Assembly: GCA_040513115.1 (NCBI GenBank) | Contig: JBEVDW010000087.1 | Span: 1-53,769 of the forward strand | Origin: Steroidobacteraceae bacterium | GTDB lineage: Bacteria > Pseudomonadota > Gammaproteobacteria > Steroidobacterales > Steroidobacteraceae | Direction of reading: 5' to 3' | Length of the DNA: 53,769 nt | Shown here: one piece after another, positions 44,790 to 53,681 of the stretch | How the letters are laid out: the number at the start of each line of letters is the position of its first letter | Position numbering within the stretch: the stretch's first letter is position 1 | Notes under the pieces: generated by a model | Database searches by the model: none | The model's input: the letters and a program-made list of their open reading frames with translations, nothing else | What the model was told of the DNA's origin: nothing | Position numbers and translations under genes: made by a program

Positions 44790-45361
44790 GAGGCACGAGT
44801 GGCACGTGCGAGTTCTGCCTGAAGGGGTGATACGGCTGCACCATGGTGCCGGCAGCATCCGTCCAGCTGCGTGAGCTATCGATGCCGCGCAAGGAACCGA
44901 GCAGCGCACCGGACTGAATCGAGACGGGCGTGCCATCCGCCTTCACGCGCTCGACGTTGACGATGAACTCGGCATCGGTCGTGCTGGAGGAGGCATAGAG
45001 CGTGACGCCGATCGGTCCTGCGATCACTTTTGCCGAACTGAACGGTTCGGTGGTGTAGGTGATCGCGCCGACCTCCGTGGTGATGTCGGACGCCGAGCCG
45101 CAATACTGATCGAGTGGAATGCCCTTACACGGTCGAGGTCGCCTCCTTCAGTGGCCAGGCGCTCGCATCCACCCAGCGATCCGTGCCGAGGAGGTTGAAG
45201 TGCAGCGGCTTGTCCGTCTTCTCGACGCCGTTGTCGATTCCTTTGAGCCAGCGATCGAACCAGCGCAGACGCGGCTGGCCGAGCAGATCGTTCGGAATGC
45301 CACCGTGCGTCCATGGGCCCATCAGTATTTGAAAGCGGATCACAGTCAAGAAAGAGAGCAA
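44790..45361 (-). pseudogene. CocE/NonD-family hydrolase remnant (middle and C-terminal parts only, frameshifted)
   Basis: LMGPWTHGG and WFDRWLKG are in one frame and end at TAA 45125. YCGSASDITTEVGAITYTTEPFSSAKVIAGPIGVTLYASSSTTDAEFIVNV...GSLRG are in another frame. The N-terminal alpha/beta-hydrolase domain and the extreme C-terminus are missing. Confidence 0.6.
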
Positions 45362-45597
45362 GCTTGAGCCAATGACCCATCTTCATTGCATCCCCCTCTC
45401 ACTGTGTTATGGCGACGGTGTGTCGCGGTGGTTTTACGTGTATATGCGGAACGTAGTTCCGCGCAGGCGAGTCGTCTGCCCACGACAGGGCGTGATTGCC
45501 GCAGCGCGTATCTGTGTGTGCGTCATGCAAGAAGACAGGGCGAGAAGGATCTGGCTGGATGCATTATTTTGTCATTCCAAGTCCATGGACGGATAGG

Positions 45598-45613
45598 ATA
45601 AAGTAAACTCTAT
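45598..45613. promoter_or_regulatory. ATAAAGT-AA-ACTCTAT; second copy of the operator (one mismatch from a perfect palindrome)
   Basis: Lies 48 nt upstream of GTG 45662 (ALDH-GMC-LEH operon). The 14-mer AGTAAACTCTATCG is identical to 42107-42120. Confidence 0.45.
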
Positions 45614-45661
45614 CGCCACACCTGGACTGCAAGTTCCGGCCGCGAACTCTTTGGGGTACCT

Positions 45662-47107
45662 GTGCGTAGTTTCGATTCGTTTTTCATCGATGGCGGCTGG
45701 GCCAGGCCGGCCGGTTCTGCCGTTCTGAACGTCATCTCTCCCGCGACCGAACAAGTCATCGGGCGTGCACCTGAAGGTACGACGGCGGACATGGATCGAG
45801 CCGTCGCTGCAGCGCGCAAAGCTTTCGATGAGGGTCCGTGGCCGCGCATGACGCCCGCGCAGCGGGCTGCCATTCTGCGCAAGATAGCCGAGTATCTGGA
45901 CGCGAACGCACGTGAGATTGCCGAGGTGTTGACCGACGAAGTCGGCACTCCGCTGACCGCGAACGTGAACAACAATCAGGGTGCCTCGCTGTTGGTGCGG
46001 TTCTACGCCGACATGATCGAGAAGGAAGGCGTGGAGGAAGTGCGGCAAGGATTGTTCGGGCCCTTGACCGTGCGGCGCGAGCCCGTGGGCGTCGTAGCGG
46101 CGATCGTGCCGTGGAACGGCCCCTTCTTTTTGCTGCTCCTGAAATTGGCGCCGGCGCTCGCCGCAGGTTGCACGGTCGTTGCGAAGCCGGCCCCTGAAAC
46201 GCCGCTCGATGCGTATTACCTCGCCCGAGCCGCGGAAGCTGCGGGTCTGCCGCCCGGTGTGCTCAATATCGTGGCGGCCGGGCGCGAGGTTGGTGAGTAC
46301 CTCGTACGTCATCCCGGAATCGACAAGGTCTCCTTTACCGGTAGCACGGTGGCCGGGCGCAAGATCGGCGCGATCTGCGGCGAGCACTTGAAGCGAGTGA
46401 GCCTCGAGCTCGGCGGTAAATCGGCTGCTGTGGTTCTCGACGACGCCAAAGTGGAAACGGTGCTCGGCTGTGCAATTCCATTTGGGATTGCTGCCAACAA
46501 CGGCGAGGCGTGCATGGCCATGACGCGCATTCTGTTGCCGCGCTCGCGCTATCGAGAGTTCGCGGAAGCCATCACCGATACTGTGGCGAGCTTGAAGGTC
46601 GGCGATCCGAACGATGCGTCCGTACAGATTGGTCCGCTCATTTCGCAGCGTCAGCGCGAACGTGTGGAGGGCTACATCGCGATCGGGCGGGACGCCGGTG
46701 CGCGCATCACCGTCGGTGGCGGACGACCGAAGCATTTGCCGCGCGGTTGGTACGTCGAACCCACGATCATGGCCGACGTCGACAACAACATGAGAGTCGC
46801 GCAGGAAGAGATCTTCGGGCCGGTAGGCGTGTTGATTCCATATGACGGCGATGAAGAAGCCATCCGCATCGCCAACGCCACGGAATACGGTCTGGGCGGT
46901 GCGGTGTTCACGCAAGATCAAGCGCGCGGCATGAAGATCGCGCGCGCGGTGCGCACCGGGACGATCGGCGTGAATCAATACACGTTGGATTTCTGCGCGC
47001 CCTTCGGTGGCTTCAAGGCATCCGGCTTGGGACGCGAAATGGGCGTGGAAGGACTACGCTCGTATCAAGAGCCCAAGAGCATCTACGCCGTGGACAGCGC
47101 ATCGTGA
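45662..47107 (+). CDS. NAD(P)-dependent aldehyde dehydrogenase (paralogue of 10801-12291)
   Basis: ELGGKSA, NNGEACMAMTR, FTGSTVAGRKI. GTG start. Confidence 0.92.
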   Translation: MRSFDSFFIDGGWARPAGSAVLNVISPATEQVIGRAPEGTTADMDRAVAAARKAFDEGPWPRMTPAQRAAILRKIAEYLDANAREIAEVLTDEVGTPLTANVNNNQGASLLVRFYADMIEKEGVEEVRQGLFGPLTVRREPVGVVAAIVPWNGPFFLLLLKLAPALAAGCTVVAKPAPETPLDAYYLARAAEAAGLPPGVLNIVAAGREVGEYLVRHPGIDKVSFTGSTVAGRKIGAICGEHLKRVSLELGGKSAAVVLDDAKVETVLGCAIPFGIAANNGEACMAMTRILLPRSRYREFAEAITDTVASLKVGDPNDASVQIGPLISQRQRERVEGYIAIGRDAGARITVGGGRPKHLPRGWYVEPTIMADVDNNMRVAQEEIFGPVGVLIPYDGDEEAIRIANATEYGLGGAVFTQDQARGMKIARAVRTGTIGVNQYTLDFCAPFGGFKASGLGREMGVEGLRSYQEPKSIYAVDSAS

Positions 47108-48744
47108 GCGAGTTCGATTACATCATCGTCGGTGCAGGCAGCGCCGGATGTGTGCTGGCGAATCGCTTGACGGCCAACGGCGGACACCGCGTGTTGTTGC
47201 TCGAAGCAGGCGGCCCAGGCAAGAACCTCATGTTTCATGTGCCGCTCTGCTTCATCTTCGCAATGGCGAGTCCAGTACACGCATGGCAATACCTGACGGA
47301 CCCTGACGATGCTGGAAGATCCATTGCCTTGCCGCGGGGCCGCGTGCTCGGCGGATCTTCCGCGATCAACGGACTGGTTTACGTGCGAGGTCAACGCGAG
47401 GACTACGATCACTGGCGCGACCTCGGCTGCAACGGCTGGTCCTACGACGATCTGTTGCCACTGTTCCGTCGCTCCGAAACGTATCACGGTACACGCAGTC
47501 CCTTGCGCGGCGATGCAGGGCCGCTGCAGGTGATTCATCCCGAGCGCCTGAACCCGTTGAGCGATCTGTTCATCGAGGCGTGCGTGCAAGCAGGCCTGCC
47601 CCTCAACCCCGATTACAACGGCGCCGATCAAGAAGGCGTCAACTACTACCAGATCAACACTCAACGCGGTCGACGCTCATCCACGGCCGTCGCGTTCCTG
47701 CGTCCCGCACTCAAGCGCGGTAACTTGAAAGTCGAAACCGATGCCGTGGTCGAGCGGATCGAGTTCGATGGTCAACGCGCAGTGGCCGTGCGCTATCGAC
47801 GCGACGGTCAGGTCTTCACAGTGCGTGCCGGACGCGAGATCGTGTTGTCCGCAGGCGCGATCGGCTCGCCGCACTTGCTGATGCTGTCCGGTATCGGCGA
47901 TCCGGCGATGTTGCAGCGTTTTAGCGTGCCCGTCGTCGCGGAATCGAAGCAAGTCGGACGCAATCTGCGCGACCACTATTTGGCCAACGTCGCTGCACAC
48001 GTGAAGCCAAACGGCTGGACGCTCAATGAGCGCACCAAGGGTTTCGGCATGCTCGGCGAGGTGTTGCGATATGCGATGAAAGGCGAGGGGCTCTTGGCAT
48101 CCTCCGCCGCGCACGTCGTGGCGTTTGCCAAGACACAATCGCATCTGCCCGTGCCGGACATTCAGCTCATGATGCTGCCGGCAGGCGCAAGCACGGAGAA
48201 GTCGAGTCCCTTAGATAAGTACCCCGGCATCACCGTGGGCTGTTGTCCCTTGCGGCCATACAGCGTCGGCGAAATTGCATTGAAGTCTCCCGATGCGAAT
48301 GTGCATCCGAGCATCCGGGCGAATTACTTAAGCGATCCTGCCGATCGTGAGATGACGCTTGCGGGCGTTCGGCTCATGCGCAAGATCCTGCAGCAGCCTG
48401 CACTGGCCTCCATCATGCAGGAGGAATATCTGCCGGGTGCCGCAGTTCAAACCGACGACGAATTGATTGCCTACGCACGTCAAGCGGGCAACACGGCACA
48501 TCATCCGGTGGGCACGTGCCGCATGGGCGCCGATGCGGGCGCAGTCGTCGATCCGCATCTCAAGGTTCTCGGCGTGCAGGGTTTACGCGTCGTCGACGCG
48601 TCGATCATGCCGACCATGGTGTCCGGCAACACCAATGCCGCCACGATCGCGATCGCCGAAAAGGCCGCGGATCTGATTCTGCAAGAGGGGCGTGTCCCGC
48701 AAAGCGCCGCGCGCACCGCGCTCGAAACGCCTGTGCCAGCCTGA
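47104..48744 (+). CDS. GMC-family FAD oxidoreductase (choline/alcohol dehydrogenase-like)
   Basis: FDYIIVGAGSAGCVLANRL, GGSSAINGLVY, HPVGTCRMG. Its GTG overlaps the ALDH stop (GTGA 47104-47107). Confidence 0.92.
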   Translation: MSEFDYIIVGAGSAGCVLANRLTANGGHRVLLLEAGGPGKNLMFHVPLCFIFAMASPVHAWQYLTDPDDAGRSIALPRGRVLGGSSAINGLVYVRGQREDYDHWRDLGCNGWSYDDLLPLFRRSETYHGTRSPLRGDAGPLQVIHPERLNPLSDLFIEACVQAGLPLNPDYNGADQEGVNYYQINTQRGRRSSTAVAFLRPALKRGNLKVETDAVVERIEFDGQRAVAVRYRRDGQVFTVRAGREIVLSAGAIGSPHLLMLSGIGDPAMLQRFSVPVVAESKQVGRNLRDHYLANVAAHVKPNGWTLNERTKGFGMLGEVLRYAMKGEGLLASSAAHVVAFAKTQSHLPVPDIQLMMLPAGASTEKSSPLDKYPGITVGCCPLRPYSVGEIALKSPDANVHPSIRANYLSDPADREMTLAGVRLMRKILQQPALASIMQEEYLPGAAVQTDDELIAYARQAGNTAHHPVGTCRMGADAGAVVDPHLKVLGVQGLRVVDASIMPTMVSGNTNAATIAIAEKAADLILQEGRVPQSAARTALETPVPA

Positions 48745-48755
48745 GGGTCGACGAC

Positions 48756-49133
48756 ATGTCCGCCAACATCGATACCGTCATGCGCTTCGTGCAAGCCTGG
48801 AACGATCGCGACCTCGAGGCGATCGTCACGGCGTTCGCGCCGAATGCCGTCTATCACAACATGCCGCTCGAGCCGGTGGTCGGGCATGCGAGCATCCGCG
48901 CCACCATCGCGCCGTGGCTGCAGGCGAGCTCCAAGATTGATTGGAAGGTGCACCACATCGCCGAGACGCCCGCCGGCGTCGTGCTCGCGGAGCGCACCGA
49001 CTATCTGGTCGTGAACGGCAAACAAATCGCGCTGCCCATCATGGGGACGTTCGAGCTTGCGAACGGGCTCATAACGGCGTGGCGCGACTACTACGACGCG
49101 AATCAGTATCAACAGCAGCTGCCAGCCGGCTGA
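48756..49133 (+). CDS. Limonene-1,2-epoxide hydrolase family / SnoaL-like (NTF2-fold) protein
   Basis: 125 aa. AVYHNMP, ERTDYL (RxD) and WRDYYD match my recollection of the LEH Asp-Arg-Asp and Tyr/Asn motifs. GAGGG RBS upstream. Confidence 0.72.
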   Translation: MSANIDTVMRFVQAWNDRDLEAIVTAFAPNAVYHNMPLEPVVGHASIRATIAPWLQASSKIDWKVHHIAETPAGVVLAERTDYLVVNGKQIALPIMGTFELANGLITAWRDYYDANQYQQQLPAG

Positions 49134-49203
49134 CACGGTTTGACGGCTGCTGGGCGGACGCCCGTTGATCGGTCGACGTATCTTTAATGTGGGGGGAATC
49201 CAG

Positions 49204-50037
49204 TTGGTCAACAGAGTATGGTTCATCACCGGTGTCTCGTCGGGCTTCGGTCGGGCGCTCGCGGAAGAGGCGCTCGCGCGCGGCGATCGCGTCGCGGCCA
49301 CTGCGCGCAATCCGGATTCGCTCGAAGACCTCGTGCGGCGCAATCCCGGACGAGTGCGCGCCATTCAACTGGACGTGAGTCGTCCCGAGCAGGTGACGAG
49401 CGCGGTCGAGGCGGCGCTGACTGCATTCGGCCAGATCGATGTCGTCGTGAACAATGCCGGCTACACCATGATCGGCGCGGTCGAAGAAGTGAGCGACGCC
49501 GAGACGCGCGCCATGTTCGAGACCCTGGTGTTCGGCGCGCTCAGCCTCATTCGCACCGTGCTGCCGCACATGCGCGCGCGGCGCCAAGGCACGATCGTCA
49601 ACATCACATCCATCAGCGGCCTCATGGCCTATCCGGCGGGCGGAATCTACGCGGCTTGCAAGCATGCGATCGAAGGTTTCAGTGAAGCCCTCGAGATCGA
49701 ACTGAAGTCGCTGGGTATCAAGGTGCTGGTGGTGGAGCCCGGCATGTTCCGCACGGATTTCTTCACCCGCTCGATCAGGCTTGCCGCTCCGCTCGCCGAC
49801 TATGACGCGACGCCCGTGGGTCCGATGCGCAAGGCCGTGTTCGTGCCGCCCGAGGTCCTGGCGGCGCTGCCGCATCCGAGCGTCGCGGCGCGCGCGATTC
49901 TCGACGCCCTCGAGAACGAGCAGCAGCCGCTGCGTCTCGTGCTGGCGACCGATGCGATCGAGAGCGCGCTCGCCAAAGTGCAGCGGCTCGATCGCGAGAT
50001 TCGTTACAGCGCCGAGCTAGCCCAGCGCCAACAGTGA
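49204..50037 (+). CDS. SDR-family oxidoreductase
   Basis: VWFITGVSSGFGRALA, NNAG, YAACKHAIEGF. Start taken as TTG 49204 (GGGGGGA 6 nt upstream); in-frame GTG 49189 or TTG 49165 are alternatives. Confidence 0.85.
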   Translation: MVNRVWFITGVSSGFGRALAEEALARGDRVAATARNPDSLEDLVRRNPGRVRAIQLDVSRPEQVTSAVEAALTAFGQIDVVVNNAGYTMIGAVEEVSDAETRAMFETLVFGALSLIRTVLPHMRARRQGTIVNITSISGLMAYPAGGIYAACKHAIEGFSEALEIELKSLGIKVLVVEPGMFRTDFFTRSIRLAAPLADYDATPVGPMRKAVFVPPEVLAALPHPSVAARAILDALENEQQPLRLVLATDAIESALAKVQRLDREIRYSAELAQRQQ

Positions 50038-50060
50038 ACGATCCGTCCCGGAGGCGTGCA

Positions 50061-51017
50061 ATGAGTAACCGCGGTTTCGAAAATCAAGTCGTCATCGTGA
50101 CCGGCGCAGGCCAGGGCCTGGGCCGTTGCTACGCGCTCGAACTCGCCAAGCGCGGCGCGGCCGTGCTCGTGAACGACATCGGCTCGCAAGTGGACGGCAC
50201 GGCCGGCTTGGATCGCCGCGTCGCCACGGGCGTGGTCGATGAGATCGTCGCGGCAGGCGGCAGGGCGGCGGCATCGTTCGATTCGGTAACGACACCGGAG
50301 GGTGCGCAACAGATCGTGACGGCCGCGCTCGATCATTTCGGTCGCATCGATGCCGTCGTGCACAACGCCGGAACGGTGCGATTCGCGCCGTTCGAAGCGA
50401 CGACGCTGGATGACTACCGCGTCATGGTCGACATGCATATCGGCGGCACGTTTCACGTCGCCCAGGCGGCCTACCGAGTCATGCAGCGCCAGCGCAGCGG
50501 GCGTTTTGTCTTGACGGCGTCGAACGCGGGGCTGTTCGGGATCGAGGCTCAGGCGGCCTATGGCGCGGGCAAGGCAGGCGTGATCGGGCTCAACAATCTC
50601 ATTGCGATCGAGGGGGCGGAATACGGCATTCGGTCGAATGCGGTGATGCCCGTGGCGCTGACGCGCATGGCGGCCCACGCGGCCGTCGTGCCGACGAAGT
50701 CGTCGGCGCTCCTCGGCGATTTGCTGCCGGTGATCGAGTCGCGTCTGAAGCCCGAATTCGTCGCGCCGTTGGTGCTCTATCTTGCGAGCGCGCAGTGCCG
50801 GCAGACGGGGCAAGTCTTCTCCGCGGTCGGCGGTCGCTATTCGCGGGCCGTCAAGGGCGTCGGCTCCGGCTGGCTCGCACCCGCGGGACCGGCGCCGAGC
50901 ATGGAAGACCTCGCGCAGCACTGGGACGAGGTGATCGAGGTGCGCGGGCTCAAGGAACCGACCTCTGGCATGCAGGAGATTCAGTTCGTCGCGGAGCAGC
51001 TCAAAGCGCGGCAGTGA
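50061..51017 (+). CDS. SDR-family oxidoreductase (MFE-2 dehydrogenase-domain-like)
   Basis: VVIVTGAGQGLGRCYALELAKRGAAVLVND, HNAG, YGAGKAGVIGL. GGAGG lies 6 nt upstream of ATG 50061. Confidence 0.88.
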   Translation: MSNRGFENQVVIVTGAGQGLGRCYALELAKRGAAVLVNDIGSQVDGTAGLDRRVATGVVDEIVAAGGRAAASFDSVTTPEGAQQIVTAALDHFGRIDAVVHNAGTVRFAPFEATTLDDYRVMVDMHIGGTFHVAQAAYRVMQRQRSGRFVLTASNAGLFGIEAQAAYGAGKAGVIGLNNLIAIEGAEYGIRSNAVMPVALTRMAAHAAVVPTKSSALLGDLLPVIESRLKPEFVAPLVLYLASAQCRQTGQVFSAVGGRYSRAVKGVGSGWLAPAGPAPSMEDLAQHWDEVIEVRGLKEPTSGMQEIQFVAEQLKARQ

Positions 51018-51020
51018 AGC

Positions 51021-51890
51021 GTGACGAAGAATAACAAGCGGTCATCGCCGGCCGCTGTCGCGCGAGACGATTCGCCGCAGCGCGATCGACGTAAGTCCGC
51101 GGAGCGCCTCGCCGAGCGCATCGAAGCAGACATCATTGCAGCAGATCTGCGGCCGGGTCATCTGCTCGGATCCATTTCGGAGTTGCTCGGACGTTACGAC
51201 GCCGGACGCGCCGCCTTGCGCGAGGCGGTGCGCTTGCTCGAGCGGCACGGCACTGCGTCCATGAAGCCCGGATTGGGCGGCGGCGTCATCGTCAAGTCTT
51301 CGAACGCCGCCAGCGCGCGCTTGATCGCCGTCTACCTCGAGGCGTTCCGCACGGCGCTCGAGGAGGTCTTCGCTGCGCTCGCCGTCGTGGAGACGCTCTC
51401 GATCCGACTGGCGCTGGCGCGCGCCGATCTCGCCGCCGTTCTCACGACCAACGAATGTATCCACTGGCGCGGCGACGGCGAGCCGCCGTTCGAATGGCGT
51501 ATGGGGGTCACGGTCAAGCACAGCCGCGCCGTGGCCGAGCTGTCGGGCAACCGGGTCTTGACGGTGTTCATGGACGCCTTGCAACAGGTGTTGTTGGAGC
51601 GTCTACCGTTGCCGCCCACAGCGGAACAGTTCGAAAAAATCCTGAGCGCCAACATCGCGCATCGACGCGCGCTCGCGCAAGCCTTGGCGGCGGCGAACGA
51701 AGCCGAGGCTATCGCGCGTGTCTGGAGCTGGTATCACCTGACGCTGCCACAGCTCTTCAGCGCGGTGTTGCAGACCGGCATGCATCGTCCGCCCGGCTAT
51801 TTGAGTCCGCAGGGGCTCAGTGTGGAGATGGACTTAGGCCAAGTCGTGAGCGGTCGGCCGATGACGATTGCCGACGCGGTTGCACGATAG
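51021..51890 (+). CDS. GntR-family regulator, FadR-like
   Basis: LGSISELLGRYDAGRAALREAVRLLERHGTASMKPGLGGGVIV plus a helical effector domain. GTG lies 3 nt after the SDR stop. Confidence 0.78.
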   Translation: MTKNNKRSSPAAVARDDSPQRDRRKSAERLAERIEADIIAADLRPGHLLGSISELLGRYDAGRAALREAVRLLERHGTASMKPGLGGGVIVKSSNAASARLIAVYLEAFRTALEEVFAALAVVETLSIRLALARADLAAVLTTNECIHWRGDGEPPFEWRMGVTVKHSRAVAELSGNRVLTVFMDALQQVLLERLPLPPTAEQFEKILSANIAHRRALAQALAAANEAEAIARVWSWYHLTLPQLFSAVLQTGMHRPPGYLSPQGLSVEMDLGQVVSGRPMTIADAVAR

Positions 51891-51893
51891 ATC

Positions 51894-52484
51894 GTGCGTG
51901 ACATTCGCCTGCGCGATCTCGCCGCCGGGACATATCTCGGCTCGGAGCCCGAGTGGATCGCGCGGTTCGGAATTGCGCGACCGGCGTTTCGTGAAGCGAT
52001 CCGGTTGCTCGAGCGCGATCGCATCGTGGCCATGCGGCCGGGTCGTGGCGGCGGTCTCTACGTCGGCAAACCCGATCCCGCGGCGACCGTCGCATCAGCG
52101 CTGCGTCATTTCGAACGCATGGGAATCACGGGGGCAGAGACCATCGAAGTGGCGCGCGCGTTGTGCCCGGAAATCGCGGCGCGAGCGGCCGGGACGCCTC
52201 TGGACCGGCAGCGGCTGCGGCAAGTGACGCCGTTGGCGTTGGACGAGGTCGGCAACCAAGCCGGACTCACCATTTTGCCGCTGCTGTTGCAGATCTTGCG
52301 AGCCTACGGAGCCCGTCAATTCCGCACGGCGGCTGCGAAGTCGTCCGCGTCTTGGACCGCGCTCATCGACGCGATCGCCCATGCGGATGGCGTCGGGGCA
52401 TATCGCGCGGCGCTGACGTTGTTTCCAGCCGCGTCAGCCGCTCCCTCCGCGCGTCGGAAGCGGCGTCGCGAGACGTACGCTTGA
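51894..52484 (+). CDS. GntR-family regulator, FadR-like, short form (196 aa)
   Basis: LGSEPEWIARFGIARPAFREAIRLLERDRIVAMRPGRGGGLYV. GTG lies 3 nt after the preceding regulator's stop. The effector domain is shorter than in the three paralogues. Confidence 0.65.
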   Translation: MRDIRLRDLAAGTYLGSEPEWIARFGIARPAFREAIRLLERDRIVAMRPGRGGGLYVGKPDPAATVASALRHFERMGITGAETIEVARALCPEIAARAAGTPLDRQRLRQVTPLALDEVGNQAGLTILPLLLQILRAYGARQFRTAAAKSSASWTALIDAIAHADGVGAYRAALTLFPAASAAPSARRKRRRETYA

Positions 52485-52520
52485 CGCGCAGTCCGCGCAT
52501 CGGAGCGGCTCGCTACCTTG

Positions 52521-53579
52521 TCAACTCGCTGCATCGACGGCACGGCGCAGCCGTTGCATCGTGTCCTCGAAGCCGTTGTACACGTCACGCCCGAGCAGAG
52601 TCTGCCCGGGTCGACAGGCGGTGACGAGGCGCTCCATCTCGTCGTTCGACAACGCGTGCGCACGATCCGGCGTCACTTCCGGATCGATCATGGCGGCCGC
52701 CCGATCGATCCAGCCGCTGCGCGCGGGCAGCTCGAAAAATTGGGCGATGCGTTCGAGCGTGTGCCGTGTATCGCCGACGAGGTCCTCGTAGCGCACGTCC
52801 ATGAACTGATCGGGCGGAAGTTGAATGAGGTCGTGGTAGCCGCGCGCGATCTGCCAGGACCAGTAGCGGCCAAACTCTTCCAGGCTCGGTTGTCCCGTCG
52901 TCATACGCCGCAAGACCGGATCGTCGGTTGGATCGAAGCGCTCCTTGAGCATCTGCTGCAGTTCTTCATTCGACGGTGGCGCTGTAAAGAAAGAGCAATA
53001 CAGCACGAAGTGGCGGAAGGCGCGGCAGGCGAGGGCAGTGGTCGGTCCGTCGCGATGAATGTGGATGTAGCGGGCCTTGGGGAACCACCGGATCAGGTTG
53101 CCGGCGTACTCGATGGAGACGCCCGAGCGCTCGAGCCACAGTTGCTTGCCGAAGCGCTGCGTCATCCATTCGAACAGCGCGAGCCAATGCGCATTGAGCG
53201 TCCGGCGCGGCCACGCGCGCACCACCGCGATGGCTTCCTCATAGGCCTGCTCGGGGTTCTCGCAGAGCTGACTCAAGACCATTTGGAACCCCGGGAAGCG
53301 TACCGCCTTGCGCCCGTATTCCGGAAACTCGCGCCGGTAGCTGTGGCCCACGTCGCTGGCGAAGAACGGCTCGCGCGTGACCACGAGATCGTTCAGCAAA
53401 TTACCGCGGGCCAGGATGGCGGCCACCTGCGGGCCATCGAACTCGCCTTGCAGAAACACGCCGTCGCGATCGAGCGTGGAAAAGAATTCGATGATCGAGA
53501 GCGTGTCCGGATGCTCCTGCAGCATCTTCGACAGCAGTGTGGAGCCGCAGCGGCCGGTGCCCACGATGAAACGTTGCAT
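52521..53579 (-). CDS. Sulfotransferase-family protein (P-loop, PAPS-binding type)
   Basis: MQRFIVGTGRCGSTLLSKML (5'-PSB-like loop), YIHIHRDG, and IAQFFELP shared with the decayed paralogue. ATG 53579 has GGGGGAAA upstream; ATG 53594 is an alternative. Confidence 0.8.
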   Translation of the reverse strand: MQRFIVGTGRCGSTLLSKMLQEHPDTLSIIEFFSTLDRDGVFLQGEFDGPQVAAILARGNLLNDLVVTREPFFASDVGHSYRREFPEYGRKAVRFPGFQMVLSQLCENPEQAYEEAIAVVRAWPRRTLNAHWLALFEWMTQRFGKQLWLERSGVSIEYAGNLIRWFPKARYIHIHRDGPTTALACRAFRHFVLYCSFFTAPPSNEELQQMLKERFDPTDDPVLRRMTTGQPSLEEFGRYWSWQIARGYHDLIQLPPDQFMDVRYEDLVGDTRHTLERIAQFFELPARSGWIDRAAAMIDPEVTPDRAHALSNDEMERLVTACRPGQTLLGRDVYNGFEDTMQRLRRAVDAAS

Positions 53580-53617
53580 GTGTTTCCCCCGCATTCGGAG
53601 CTCTTCAACGAGCTTTG

Positions 53618-53681
53618 AAAAACAAAAAAAGCCGCACCTGAGCGCTCCGTTCGCGCTGAGCGCAGTCGCGGCGCTCAGCGC
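53618..53681 (-). terminator. GC-rich alternative-hairpin cluster followed (on the minus strand) by a T-run
   Basis: GCGCTGAGCGC (53653-53663) and CTGAGCGC (53638-53645) can each pair with GCGCTCAGCGC (53671-53681). The complement of 53618-53630 is TTTTTTTGTTTTT. Function as an intrinsic terminator for a gene to the right of the window is an inference. Confidence 0.3.

Noticed and set aside
52518-53618. 366-aa plus-strand ORF opposite the sulfotransferase-family gene.
   Set aside because: The minus-strand frame has the P-loop, an RBS and a paralogue in the window. The plus-frame translation has no recognisable motifs.
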